Source: a virus | Virus record (IMG/VR): IMGVR_UViG_3300045988_110327 | Location: 18,057-82,056 of that record | Strand: one strand, 5' to 3' | Length of the DNA: 64,000 nucleotides | Shown: positions 10,534 to 19,333 of the stretch, piece by piece | Layout of the letters: the number at the start of each line of letters is the position of its first letter | Position numbering within the stretch: the first letter of the stretch is position 1 | The notes under the pieces: model-generated | Databases searched by the model: none | Seen by the model: the letters and a program-made list of their open reading frames with translations, nothing else | What the model was told of the DNA's origin: nothing | Made by a program: the position numbers and the translations under genes

Positions 10534-12813
10534 TTGTCTAAAATATTTATCACTATGGGTGTCAAATGTCAGATAGAAAAGAAGGAAAATAAAATAGAAC
10601 GGGTTGAGGCTCCTAACGGGGAGTCTTCCGTTCTTTACGAAAGTGCCTTAAAATTATTAGGAAACAGTGAGCGGGCTCTTCAGGTATGGGCTAAGGCTTA
10701 CACTCCTGGTTTTTTGTCGTATTACGGTCATTGGAATAACCCGGCTCCAGGGGAGATGTTTAATACCGATTCCAATGGTGAACCTCTTTTAGAAGACGTA
10801 CTGTCGTATATGAAGCGTCAAACTTATTTTGCCAATCCTCTAACGGCTCAGGATGTTAAGGATGTAAGGGATTTTCTTTTATCTACCTATGGTGTTTATA
10901 CGGCACCATCATTATCCAACATCATTCTTCATTATTTTTATGTAGATGGTAGTTTGATACTGAATGAGCAGAATTTAAGAAGATCAGGCTTGTATAATGA
11001 AACAGAGATAAGTAGAATCTTATCTGATCCTTCTGTTCTTAATGAAGTTTCGACATCCATGAGGAAGTTATTGGATTATTCCAATAACGAACATGATAGG
11101 GAAAAAGATAATTATTTTATGTCTGTTGACTATCAGTATGGTCCTATTGTTTACAAGGAGGGAGTGTTTAACCAATTTGGTAAAAAAGTACCATATAATC
11201 CTTCTGAGCTTTATTGGGCTATGTGCAAAACAGTAGGCGGCATAAAAAACTTTTCTGAATTTTCATCTGCTTTTGAATCGTTGAGGAACCTGTATCCTGA
11301 GCTGGTCGAGAAATTTATTTCTGATAAAAAATTTGCCGAATCTATGTTTGATGAGTTTTCATCTACGAATAAGATTCCGGTAATAAACATAGAAGGGGAT
11401 GATGTGGTAGAAGGCAAGAGAAGATCCTTGTCTAAGCTACAAGATCTGTCTTATTACAATCCCGGCAAAATAGAGTTCCTAAGAGATCGTATATCAGCTT
11501 ATTTACATAGGGCTAACGCTGACACTGAATCCGATTTAAGAAGCATGATATGGGATATAGAAGAGGCTTGTACGTGGTTTGGCATAGATATAATAGGGGC
11601 GTCAGAAACTTATGATGGCACAGAAGAATCTTTGAATAAGATAGATAATTTGATGATGGATCTTGATATTTATGTGGCCAGGCTCAATGATGTAAATTAT
11701 GCTCCTACGTTGGCATCTTCTATTGATGATGTTCTTGGTGATAGCACAGATTATTATTTTGGATTATTACCGGAGTATATGGATAATTTGAATATCGTTT
11801 ATTCTGAATCCAATATAGACCCAGTAGAAGCATTTGAGAAACACTCATTGCTTAAGGTAGGAGATAATCTATATCAAAGGATCAGCAAAGATGATCTTAA
11901 CGAGATGTATCAAATATCAACAGTGTTAGCCAAGCACAACCTAACTCACTTTCCTGCTAAAATATATCCTGAATCTTGTTTTAAGAACGGCGTTTTGGAT
12001 AAAGAGAAAGTACGGAACGTAGATGATAATACGCTCATGGATTCCATTAAAAAATACGTCAGATCGTTCATGGATCCTCAGAACACGGAGGACATGATAA
12101 TGACCAGGATGGCGTTTGGGCACCCGGCGGTACTTGACGTTTCTTACATGGATGTGGATCGGGAGTATAGTCGATACATGAACAAAAAACAAGATAGCGA
12201 AAACCCATTATCCTTATTCGATTTATACCAATCTTACCTTGACAACAAACTCCATAAAACAAAATTATATGATAATGCCTATAAGTATCTTGACTTCAAA
12301 CCTGGTCCATCTTTGGGTCTTATTTCTGATGATCCTGATATTTTGAAATCAATAGAATTATCTTTATCTGGAAAAGACAGGTTGATGTTGTTTGATTATA
12401 GCATGACCAGCACCGACCCTTCTTTATCAAAATTGTTTTATTTAGAGAGGTATGACTCTTCGTATGCCGGGAATGATTTTGAACACTATTTTTACACCAG
12501 GCACCCGTATTTGTTAAAAGAAAAATCGGGTCCTAATATCGTAGAGCAAGATGGTGTTATAACAGCCGAAGGTATTTATGATAATTTTATAAGAGTAGGT
12601 AACAAGATCTGGACTAAAGTAAGCGAGAGCAGTTCCGGATCTATCTACCAAAATCTGACAGGGACCGAATCGGAGGTGAAATACGATTCTACTCAGAAGG
12701 CTAAGACAGTAGAAACCGATTACGCTCCATACCAAAACAGATCCGGTCTGACGCAAGACATGACTGTAAGCAAGTCTGAATTAGGTGATCTTAATAAATT
12801 AGAATGTAGGTAA
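10534..12813 (+). CDS. hypothetical virion-module protein, 759 aa
   Basis: 2.3 kb ORF followed by two stem-loop/T-tract terminators. Confidence 0.75.
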   Translation: MSKIFITMGVKCQIEKKENKIERVEAPNGESSVLYESALKLLGNSERALQVWAKAYTPGFLSYYGHWNNPAPGEMFNTDSNGEPLLEDVLSYMKRQTYFANPLTAQDVKDVRDFLLSTYGVYTAPSLSNIILHYFYVDGSLILNEQNLRRSGLYNETEISRILSDPSVLNEVSTSMRKLLDYSNNEHDREKDNYFMSVDYQYGPIVYKEGVFNQFGKKVPYNPSELYWAMCKTVGGIKNFSEFSSAFESLRNLYPELVEKFISDKKFAESMFDEFSSTNKIPVINIEGDDVVEGKRRSLSKLQDLSYYNPGKIEFLRDRISAYLHRANADTESDLRSMIWDIEEACTWFGIDIIGASETYDGTEESLNKIDNLMMDLDIYVARLNDVNYAPTLASSIDDVLGDSTDYYFGLLPEYMDNLNIVYSESNIDPVEAFEKHSLLKVGDNLYQRISKDDLNEMYQISTVLAKHNLTHFPAKIYPESCFKNGVLDKEKVRNVDDNTLMDSIKKYVRSFMDPQNTEDMIMTRMAFGHPAVLDVSYMDVDREYSRYMNKKQDSENPLSLFDLYQSYLDNKLHKTKLYDNAYKYLDFKPGPSLGLISDDPDILKSIELSLSGKDRLMLFDYSMTSTDPSLSKLFYLERYDSSYAGNDFEHYFYTRHPYLLKEKSGPNIVEQDGVITAEGIYDNFIRVGNKIWTKVSESSSGSIYQNLTGTESEVKYDSTQKAKTVETDYAPYQNRSGLTQDMTVSKSELGDLNKLECR

Positions 12814-12856
12814 TTTTCATGTAATATAATTAGTTTTTTACATTTACACTTCTGGG

Positions 12857-12888
12857 AGTGAGGCTTGTGAAAGTCTCACTTTTCTTAT
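12857..12888 (+). terminator. rho-independent terminator (8 bp stem AGUGAGGC/GUCUCACU, loop UUGUGAAA, then UUUCUU)
   Basis: Inverted repeat plus T-tract 44 nt after stop of 10534..12813; second weaker hairpin+T5 at ~12918-12945. Confidence 0.5.
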
Positions 12889-13035
12889 ATATGCACGTAT
12901 ATCAGCAACATACAAGAAAAGTCAGACTTTCGTTGTTTTTGGATTATTTTCATTAAGTTTGCAATATTAGTTTCAGGAAGGGATTATGGAAAAAGGGAAA
13001 AAGTAAGAACGGAACGTAACTAATAACGGTAGGAA

Positions 13036-13233
13036 ATGAGAATCAGTACCATCAAACGTAACAACAGCATTCATCTTATGTATAAAGACATTATGAATGA
13101 TTTAGGTCAATTAAGAACTGTAGTTTCAAAATCCTATATTTATAATCTGATACGAAATCAAACCGGATTAAGTATCAGAACTATATCCCATGTCTTGAAT
13201 CACACAAAAGAACAGGATACAGATTCTTTGTGA
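13036..13233 (+). CDS. small protein (65 aa), possible HTH-type regulator
   Basis: Segment ...SKSYIYNLIRNQTGLSIRTISHVL resembles a helix-turn-helix; followed by strong hairpin. Confidence 0.35.
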   Translation: MRISTIKRNNSIHLMYKDIMNDLGQLRTVVSKSYIYNLIRNQTGLSIRTISHVLNHTKEQDTDSL

Positions 13234-13320
13234 AAAGCGTACATTTTCATACATTTGTGTATTCTTTAGTTTTTAGATTTAAGTTTTTTCATGGTATTAG
13301 TTTAGAGATCAGGGCTCGCA

Positions 13321-13352
13321 GTGATGCGGGCCCTGGTTTGATTTACAGCGCT
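13321..13352 (+). terminator. GC-rich 10 bp stem with GUGA tetraloop followed by GGUUUGAUUU (terminator or structured RNA element)
   Basis: AGGGCUCGCA-GUGA-UGCGGGCCCU, all positions paired (one G.U); second bulged hairpin at ~13357-13380. Confidence 0.4.
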
Positions 13353-13368
13353 TTACCCAAAAGCGGCT

Positions 13369-13560
13369 TTGACAGCTTCGGCATTATCTCAGCAACAAAC
13401 CCAGAATATCGTTGGTCAATTACGCCCGACGGCCGTCCCAGCCTACCCCTCTTGTTCTCCTTACCAGGCTTATTCTTGGGGACAGGTATTCGGAGGAGGT
13501 TACTGCAATAACGGATGTGGATGTAACAACGGATGTTGCAATAACAACGCTGCTGTCTGA
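13369..13560 (+). CDS. questionable small ORF, Cys/Asn/Gly-rich C-terminus (GGGYCNNGCGCNNGCCNNN); TTG start only
   Basis: No ATG, no SD, begins inside a hairpin; locally GC-rich so could be ncRNA instead. Confidence 0.2.
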   Translation: MTASALSQQQTQNIVGQLRPTAVPAYPSCSPYQAYSWGQVFGGGYCNNGCGCNNGCCNNNAAV

Positions 13561-13583
13561 TTTTATTAAGAGAGGAGGCTAAT

Positions 13584-13997
13584 ATGGCTTGTGTTTCTAA
13601 AATAGGATCGTTGTATGAGATGGTTACGAAGAATGTTATTGTCAGTACGACAAATACAATCTTCGGTATTAACCCACGGGCTTGGATCGCCCTTCCGTGT
13701 GAGGGTCTTATCCTTCTTAAGATAAGGCAAGTAGTCCCCACAGCCGGAAGTGCTCTACCGGTACAGATTGCGGTCCCGGCAAACAGCACAGTTTCAACAG
13801 TAGGAGCCGACACCTGTTGCTCGGTTACGGGAGTGAATGTCGTGAACCCTATTAACGTAGCTGTAACGGGTGCTGCTATGGTAAATGGCACAGAACGCCT
13901 TCTGTACTTCAATAAAGTTCGTGGCGTGTTAAGATTAATGGATTGCTGTGTTCCAGTAGCGGCAGCCCAGGCGTCTGAAGTTAAAGCAGGTAAATGA
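13584..13997 (+). CDS. small (137 aa) probably abundant virion/structural protein, unknown fold
   Basis: Canonical SD GAGAGGAGG 6 nt before ATG; own terminator immediately downstream. Confidence 0.7.
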   Translation: MACVSKIGSLYEMVTKNVIVSTTNTIFGINPRAWIALPCEGLILLKIRQVVPTAGSALPVQIAVPANSTVSTVGADTCCSVTGVNVVNPINVAVTGAAMVNGTERLLYFNKVRGVLRLMDCCVPVAAAQASEVKAGK

Positions 13998-14005
13998 TTT
14001 CAGTA

Positions 14006-14034
14006 GGGTGATGGAGATCATCACCCTATTTTCA
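14006..14034 (+). terminator. rho-independent terminator (GGGUGAUG-GAGAU-CAUCACCC + UAUUUU)
   Basis: Perfect 8 bp stem, 5 nt loop, U-tract; 9 nt after stop of 13584..13997. Confidence 0.55.
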
Positions 14035-14047
14035 CCTAAATAATATT

Positions 14048-14542
14048 TTGATCATGTTTTCAGATTTGAAGAAAGGGTTTCAGGTACATACCCTTGATAC
14101 TAATACAGTACCTAAATACGAATTGGGAAAGGTAGTAGCCGTATCCGAACCCAGGTATCTTCCTCCTCAGCCGGGTCAGTATCAGGCGATGCAGACCCGC
14201 GTGGTGGATCTGACGGTAGAGCTCACTGGCGAAACCAAGACCTATACGGTTCCGGAATCCCAGAATGTGGCTAAGGCTATGGGTATAACATTATCTACCA
14301 GCATAGATCCGATTATGAACGAACTGAATGCTATAAAAAGCACCAGTCAAGACATAATAGACAGCGTAGATACCCATCGTGCCAAGATAGAGGCTTGTGA
14401 ATCTATATTAGAAGACATCAATCCGGCATTCAAACAAACGAGAGAGCAGGATCGTAAAATAGCTGGTATAGAAAATAAGGTGAATGACCTTACTGATTCA
14501 TTCGAAGATTTAAAGAAGTTAATTGTAGAACGTTTGAAATAA
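14048..14542 (+). CDS. hypothetical protein, 164 aa, C-terminal coiled-coil-like
   Basis: ORF in gene string; no recognisable motif. Confidence 0.6.
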   Translation: MIMFSDLKKGFQVHTLDTNTVPKYELGKVVAVSEPRYLPPQPGQYQAMQTRVVDLTVELTGETKTYTVPESQNVAKAMGITLSTSIDPIMNELNAIKSTSQDIIDSVDTHRAKIEACESILEDINPAFKQTREQDRKIAGIENKVNDLTDSFEDLKKLIVERLK

Positions 14543-14549
14543 GTATAAT

Positions 14550-14927
14550 ATGATAGTATATGATTTAAATTCAGGACACAGAGAATATCCTGGATATGAC
14601 GAGATAGAAGACAGACGAGGTGGAGGCAGAGGCAGAAGCCGGCGTGCTGATGGAACGTACATGGAGTACGGACATGGGTTCCTTCCTCCTTATGATCATT
14701 ACGGTATGCATGAGAAGATGAAGGAAATGGAAGAACGCGAAAACGAGCTGGAAGAAAGGGAAAGAAGGCTTGAGGAGCGCGAACGTCGTCATGAAATGGA
14801 GGACCGGGAATACCGGAGGATGGGTTACGAATCCTACCCGACCGATTACTATGGAGACGACAGATACTACGGTGACGGACCTCAGATGCGTAGAGGTCGC
14901 GGACGTGGCAGAGGTCGTTCTTATTGA
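14550..14927 (+). CDS. RG/ER-repeat low-complexity protein (125 aa): ...EERENELEERERRLEERERRHE...RRGRGRGRGRSY; candidate nucleic-acid-binding/internal protein
   Basis: ORF; ends at TGA that is in frame with the next ORF. Confidence 0.55.
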   Translation: MIVYDLNSGHREYPGYDEIEDRRGGGRGRSRRADGTYMEYGHGFLPPYDHYGMHEKMKEMEERENELEERERRLEERERRHEMEDREYRRMGYESYPTDYYGDDRYYGDGPQMRRGRGRGRGRSY

Positions 14928-15020
14928 GGAGCAGACGCAGAGGATCCAGCTTATCAGAAATATGTAGATACTTACGGCTACCATTTTTCTAATGCTCTTG
15001 CTGATGAGGCGGTAAAGAAG

Positions 15021-15314
15021 ATGGTCAACGTCGATGGATCCAAGAGGATCTGGAAGCAGCCGGAAATAAAAGATATTTTTGAAAAGTGCGGAGCGAAGAA
15101 GCCGGATAAAGCGACATGGGGCGATGTCCAATATGTCTTTGCAATGTACTATTCGGATGGTTTTCCGAAGGTCTTCAAATGTGAGAACGAGTTGGTGAAA
15201 GCTACGTTAATGTATTTGGATGATCCGGATGCTCCCGAAGGAGTAGCCTTTATAAGATGGCTTGCCGTGCAAGATTACCTCGGCGAAAAAATAAACTGGA
15301 AGGTTCTGACCTGA
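15021..15314 (+). CDS. hypothetical protein, 97 aa (frame open back to TGA at 14925-14927)
   Basis: First ATG after the in-frame TGA; same frame as 14550..14927. Confidence 0.5.
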   Translation: MVNVDGSKRIWKQPEIKDIFEKCGAKKPDKATWGDVQYVFAMYYSDGFPKVFKCENELVKATLMYLDDPDAPEGVAFIRWLAVQDYLGEKINWKVLT

Positions 15315-15478
15315 GATCCAGGCCCAGGCCCTTCCGGTGGTGCGGGAGCCATAGTAAAAAATATGATTCCCGCATTCCCGTTTTTCCCGTTTGGAAAAAA
15401 AAGGAATAAAAAAAATGTTATACCGGTCGGCGGGCAATAGAATACCCGTGGCCGGTTTGTTTCACATAACTTTTTTTT

Positions 15479-15661
15479 TTGGACATGAATATGGCACACG
15501 AATCTAAATCAAATAAAACCCCATTGTATTTAATAGGAGAGTTGATTGGCGTACCGAATACGGTTATGGACTCAGCATTGCATGAACTGAGAGATAGAAT
15601 AGACAAAGACCCTAAATATAAAGATGTTAAAAATTGGCTCGAGTCTTTACCCAAGATCTGA
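15479..15661 (+). CDS. small hypothetical protein, 60 aa
   Basis: ORF preceded by GC-rich bulged hairpin and T-run; followed by terminator. Confidence 0.45.
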   Translation: MDMNMAHESKSNKTPLYLIGELIGVPNTVMDSALHELRDRIDKDPKYKDVKNWLESLPKI

Positions 15662-15683
15662 ACCTATTTTTTTCAATACCAGG

Positions 15684-15718
15684 CCCGATGCGATTTTAAC
15701 GTATCGGGTTTTTATTTT
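15684..15718 (+). terminator. rho-independent terminator (CCCGAUGCG-AUUUUAA-CGUAUCGGG + UUUUUAUUUU)
   Basis: 9 bp stem (one G.U), 7 nt loop, U-tract. Confidence 0.5.
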
Positions 15719-15788
15719 AATTTATATTGTTTTATTTTAAATCTAATTGATTCATGAATGTCGTACATTTGTTGAAAAACTATTCTAT

Positions 15789-16016
15789 ATGGAAAATAAG
15801 GAAGATTACGTTGGTTACGAAGATCAAGAACTGTGTAACCGGTATTACAAAGAGGCTGACGCCATGAGACAAAAGCAGGACTGGTCTCGGCTTAGGGCTG
15901 TCCCTGCTCCGGCCAAGGGAACGCCATCGCCCGGCTGGGGACAGCTTGGACGTGGAAATGATGTCCGTGTTAAGTACGTTAGCATCAATTCAGGATTAGG
16001 AGGGGGCCGATTATGA
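15789..16016 (+). CDS. small hypothetical protein (~75 aa; MENKEDYVGY...)
   Basis: Internal ATG of ORF 15747..16016 (TTG alternative); stop overlaps next start in ATGA. Confidence 0.45.
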   Translation: MENKEDYVGYEDQELCNRYYKEADAMRQKQDWSRLRAVPAPAKGTPSPGWGQLGRGNDVRVKYVSINSGLGGGRL

Positions 16017-16231
16017 CTGTAGAAGAATTGGCTAATAAAAGATACGGTGGCGAATTTGTTTTCATGTTTGGTCATCTTGAAGGTAGAACAAGATTCGTTT
16101 TTGAATGCTTTGATCCCAGACCTGATCACGAAGGTAAAAATACCTATATGGTTTCTTATTTTGAGAAGGAACTTCGTAGAAGAGATGTGGTAGATGTACC
16201 GTATTATATGAATGTTTCAGCGAAATCATGA
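16013..16231 (+). CDS. small hypothetical protein, 72 aa
   Basis: ATGA overlap with upstream stop; SD GGAGGGGG 8 nt upstream. Confidence 0.6.
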   Translation: MTVEELANKRYGGEFVFMFGHLEGRTRFVFECFDPRPDHEGKNTYMVSYFEKELRRRDVVDVPYYMNVSAKS

Positions 16232-16431
16232 AAACACTACTTTTAAACGTACCTTCCTTCTCTGGTAAGATAGTTTCTCCTACCTGGATTAAAGCCGTAA
16301 GGAATTTCCGATCCAGATCGAAGGCAGAAAGAGACTTGTATTGTTCGATTTATGGATGCACAGGAGGGTGTAACTTGTGTGATGATATAAGTAAATATAG
16401 GATTTCAGAACAATTAAAATATTATAGATAA
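16228..16431 (+). CDS. small Cys-rich protein, 67 aa (CSIYGCTGGCNLC)
   Basis: ATGA overlap coupling; Cys cluster. Confidence 0.55.
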   Translation: MKTLLLNVPSFSGKIVSPTWIKAVRNFRSRSKAERDLYCSIYGCTGGCNLCDDISKYRISEQLKYYR

Positions 16432-16432
16432 T

Positions 16433-17065
16433 ATGGTTAGAATCGCATATTTCGGAACCAATGGCTGCCCTGGTCATCACGTTATTCCAATACGAGGTAA
16501 ATTTACGGAAGAGGATGTTAAGGTAATAGAATCTGTAGATTGTGATGATTTCTATAAGGTGTTTGATGTCATGCGTTTTAAGATAGCTGAGTTTAAAGGA
16601 TGGACGATATTGGGAATCCCGGCAAGCTTAGACGATCATAGACCTGGAAGCAAAACCGTTATCTTCATAGAGGGTAAAGCTAACGAAGCTGACTTTATGG
16701 AAGTCATACAAGAGTATTCTTTTCTTAAAAATAAGGTAAAGAAACTTGCCGAATTGTATCATGATGGAGAATGGCTTGCGACTGGTAAATTGAATCAAGA
16801 TCCGCCTACTAACGAGGAGCGGTTTCAATTTACGTTAGACAAGGATGATATTATTAACATGATTAGGGGAGTCGATTTAGATCCTTATTCTGATGTGGCG
16901 AATGAAATGGAGAAAATCGGATTGGGATCATCATCTGATTCTTCATATGATGGTCCTACATGGTCTTGGTTTATTAACAAAGTAGATATTTGGCAGAATA
17001 ATGCATGGGGTGGTTTTTCTGCTGAGTTTTTGTGGGATTTGTATTGTAAGATAAAGAAAGCATAA
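16433..17065 (+). CDS. hypothetical protein, 210 aa
   Basis: ATG 1 nt after upstream TAA (coupled); clean ORF. Confidence 0.65.
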   Translation: MVRIAYFGTNGCPGHHVIPIRGKFTEEDVKVIESVDCDDFYKVFDVMRFKIAEFKGWTILGIPASLDDHRPGSKTVIFIEGKANEADFMEVIQEYSFLKNKVKKLAELYHDGEWLATGKLNQDPPTNEERFQFTLDKDDIINMIRGVDLDPYSDVANEMEKIGLGSSSDSSYDGPTWSWFINKVDIWQNNAWGGFSAEFLWDLYCKIKKA

Positions 17066-17232
17066 TAACAACTAATTTAAAACAAATCATGGAATTAAAA
17101 GATTTTAAAGATGTAGTTAGAGCAATGACAAAAGAAGAGTTCGAATCAACAATCAATGAAGATATTAAATTCGTTTAAGGATTCAAGTATTTCTTAAGAC
17201 ATGATGATGCTACGAGGATAGTAGAACACATC

Positions 17233-17841
17233 ATGTCTGTGTTAGAAGCATCAGTGGACTACTATTATCCTAATCATCCTGAACCTAAAGCAGAACCAGG
17301 AGACATGGGAGAAGTTTCTGACGGATACCATACTTTCAATGAATTGTATCGGTACCGCATGTTGTACAACGCTGCCTTCTTTAATCTATTAGCCAGAAAC
17401 GGACAGGTTGAAGTTTGCAAATCAAGGAGACACAGCGACGGAGAAAAATGCTTCGGTTCTGATGACTGGTTTATTGTGATGGCGATCCTGCCTACCGGTC
17501 AGGTATCTAATCACTATAAAAGCAAATACTGGGATTTGTTTGATGTTCCTGAAAGAGAAACCGCTTTCGAATATGATGGCCATACACCAAATGAAGCCGC
17601 CGACAGACTTGAAAAGTATCTCAAACTGCCTCGTCATGGCATGACATTCGAAAAGGCTTTAGAACAGCTTAAATTAGGTCGTAAGATAAAAAGAATCGAT
17701 TGGGGTAAAAAGTATATCTGTATGTTTATTGCAGAATCTGACGTAAATATATTGATGGTAGATACAGGTCAAAAAGTAGCATCAAATTGGAATCCAACCG
17801 AACATGATATTATGTCTAATGACTGGGAGATTGCGGGATGA
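17233..17841 (+). CDS. two-domain protein: unknown N-terminal domain + C-terminal DUF2829/Tad2-like domain (candidate anti-Thoeris signal sponge)
   Basis: C-terminal ~70 aa MTFEKALEQLKLGRKIKRIDWGKK...NWNPTEHDIMSNDWEI matches the characteristic DUF2829 start and end motifs as I recall them. Confidence 0.6.
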   Translation: MSVLEASVDYYYPNHPEPKAEPGDMGEVSDGYHTFNELYRYRMLYNAAFFNLLARNGQVEVCKSRRHSDGEKCFGSDDWFIVMAILPTGQVSNHYKSKYWDLFDVPERETAFEYDGHTPNEAADRLEKYLKLPRHGMTFEKALEQLKLGRKIKRIDWGKKYICMFIAESDVNILMVDTGQKVASNWNPTEHDIMSNDWEIAG

Positions 17842-18113
17842 GTTTGTTTGTATGTTCAAAGTGTGGCTGTATAGATAATACAGCCACATCATGTTACTGG
17901 GCTCTTATAAGACCTTGTAAGAATCGTATTTACGATAAGTCGCTAAAGGGATATGAAGGCAAGCCTCTTTGTTCTGAATGTGCCGCTATTGAATATAGTA
18001 AGGGAGACGAAGTGGTGGTAGTTCCTGGAACGTGGCACGGTAAGTTCAAGAAAGAATGGCCTACTGAAGAAGAAAAGAAGCATATTGGTAAAAATGGTAT
18101 TTTAAATTATTGA
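17838..18113 (+). CDS. small Cys-rich zinc-ribbon-like protein, 91 aa
   Basis: CSKCGC...C...C...CSEC pattern; 4 nt overlap with upstream gene. Confidence 0.55.
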   Translation: MSLFVCSKCGCIDNTATSCYWALIRPCKNRIYDKSLKGYEGKPLCSECAAIEYSKGDEVVVVPGTWHGKFKKEWPTEEEKKHIGKNGILNY

Positions 18114-18116
18114 TTT

Positions 18117-18422
18117 ATGTGTGATAAGGAAATTGTTATATGCGCAGCTATCTGGGTTCAAGATTACAAGAATAAGCCTCACGGTCCCGTAAATATACCA
18201 TCTGGAACCGTATTTTGTGGATTGAGACACTGTTCTATAATATCGCAACTTGCTGCATACGGCATAGCCCATAAAAACCGTAGTATTCAAGGATTTTTGA
18301 CAAGCAAGAACCGGTTTCTAACAAGAGAGGAAGCATCTGAACTTGTTAGAAACAATAATCAAGAAATGGTAGTAGATAGGAATGCCATTAGAGAACAATT
18401 GTATTCGGAAGATTTATATTAA
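18117..18422 (+). CDS. hypothetical protein, 101 aa
   Basis: ORF in coupled string. Confidence 0.55.
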   Translation: MCDKEIVICAAIWVQDYKNKPHGPVNIPSGTVFCGLRHCSIISQLAAYGIAHKNRSIQGFLTSKNRFLTREEASELVRNNNQEMVVDRNAIREQLYSEDLY

Positions 18423-18438
18423 CTAAAAACAAAATAAT

Positions 18439-18795
18439 ATGGGATTTAGAATCAAAAAGTCAATCTTTTATGATATGATGGACGGCAATCAGTTAGAGTA
18501 CGAATTTGACAACAAGAATTTAGATCATATCACATTTAAAGGTGATGGCAAAGAATCTTTTTCATTTAACAGAGTTCTTGTTGAAAATTTAATTGAGACA
18601 TTTGAGACCATGCAGGATATATACTCCGATAATTATAGGCTTAAGGTTTATACTGGTAATTGCATAATTCAATTGAACGCAAATCCAAAGGACCCCAGTA
18701 AATCCTTTTTTGACGTATATGATAGAGATGAGATGAAATTGATATACGGAATAAAGATCAGTATTCTGAAAGAAATGTTTGGCATATGCATATGA
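18439..18795 (+). CDS. hypothetical protein, 118 aa
   Basis: ORF in coupled string. Confidence 0.55.
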   Translation: MGFRIKKSIFYDMMDGNQLEYEFDNKNLDHITFKGDGKESFSFNRVLVENLIETFETMQDIYSDNYRLKVYTGNCIIQLNANPKDPSKSFFDVYDRDEMKLIYGIKISILKEMFGICI

Positions 18796-19115
18796 TTACT
18801 AAACAAGATATACAAGCAGCAGCATCGTATATTTTCCGAAGCAGTTTTGTCTCAGAAAACCAGGCAAGGAAAGTAACGATAAGAGCCGGTAATAAAGCTA
18901 CCAAGAACCTTGTCAAGACCTTCAGAGGAAAGTTGTTCAAGAAGGCTTTTGGAAGAGCTTGTAGAGGAAAGGATATCAGTTCTTTTGAAAGACAAGAAAA
19001 AGAAAGTGGTTTTAATTTCCTTTACAATCTTAATAATGGTCGTATGCGAAGCGGTCATATTATAATAGACGGAATTGGTCTGTTTAAACAAATAATCTAT
19101 GAAGTTCAACATTAA
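18786..19115 (+). CDS. basic hypothetical protein, 109 aa
   Basis: ORF; overlaps neighbours by a few nt. Confidence 0.5.
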   Translation: MHMITKQDIQAAASYIFRSSFVSENQARKVTIRAGNKATKNLVKTFRGKLFKKAFGRACRGKDISSFERQEKESGFNFLYNLNNGRMRSGHIIIDGIGLFKQIIYEVQH

Positions 19116-19281
19116 AGGTAAAAAAGCTGATATTCGTTTAGGCAGAGGTCTGGCGAATCAGATTAAAATAAACAAAACCATCCCAACGTCTCATAAACCA
19201 AAAGAAGAACGTAGAATGATGTTTATTTGTGGTGATGATATTGCTTCTCTTATAAAGCGGTTTGAAAACGAATCAAAGTAA
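19099..19281 (+). CDS. small basic protein, 60 aa
   Basis: ORF ending right at a strong terminator. Confidence 0.45.
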   Translation: MKFNIKGKKADIRLGRGLANQIKINKTIPTSHKPKEERRMMFICGDDIASLIKRFENESK

Positions 19282-19320
19282 AAAAAAGGTCGGACATGTA
19301 TCTTGTCCGACTTTTTTTTT
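19282..19320. terminator. bidirectional rho-independent terminator: A7-GUCGGACA-UGUAUCU-UGUCCGAC-U9
   Basis: Perfect 8 bp stem flanked by A-run and T9 run. Confidence 0.65.
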
Positions 19321-19333
19321 ATATATTTGCGCT

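Noticed and set aside
13230-13511. 93 aa ORF overlapping the GC-rich island
   Set aside because: It starts upstream of and runs through the strong GNRA hairpin, has no start signal, and competes with the alternative frame. It is more likely non-coding.
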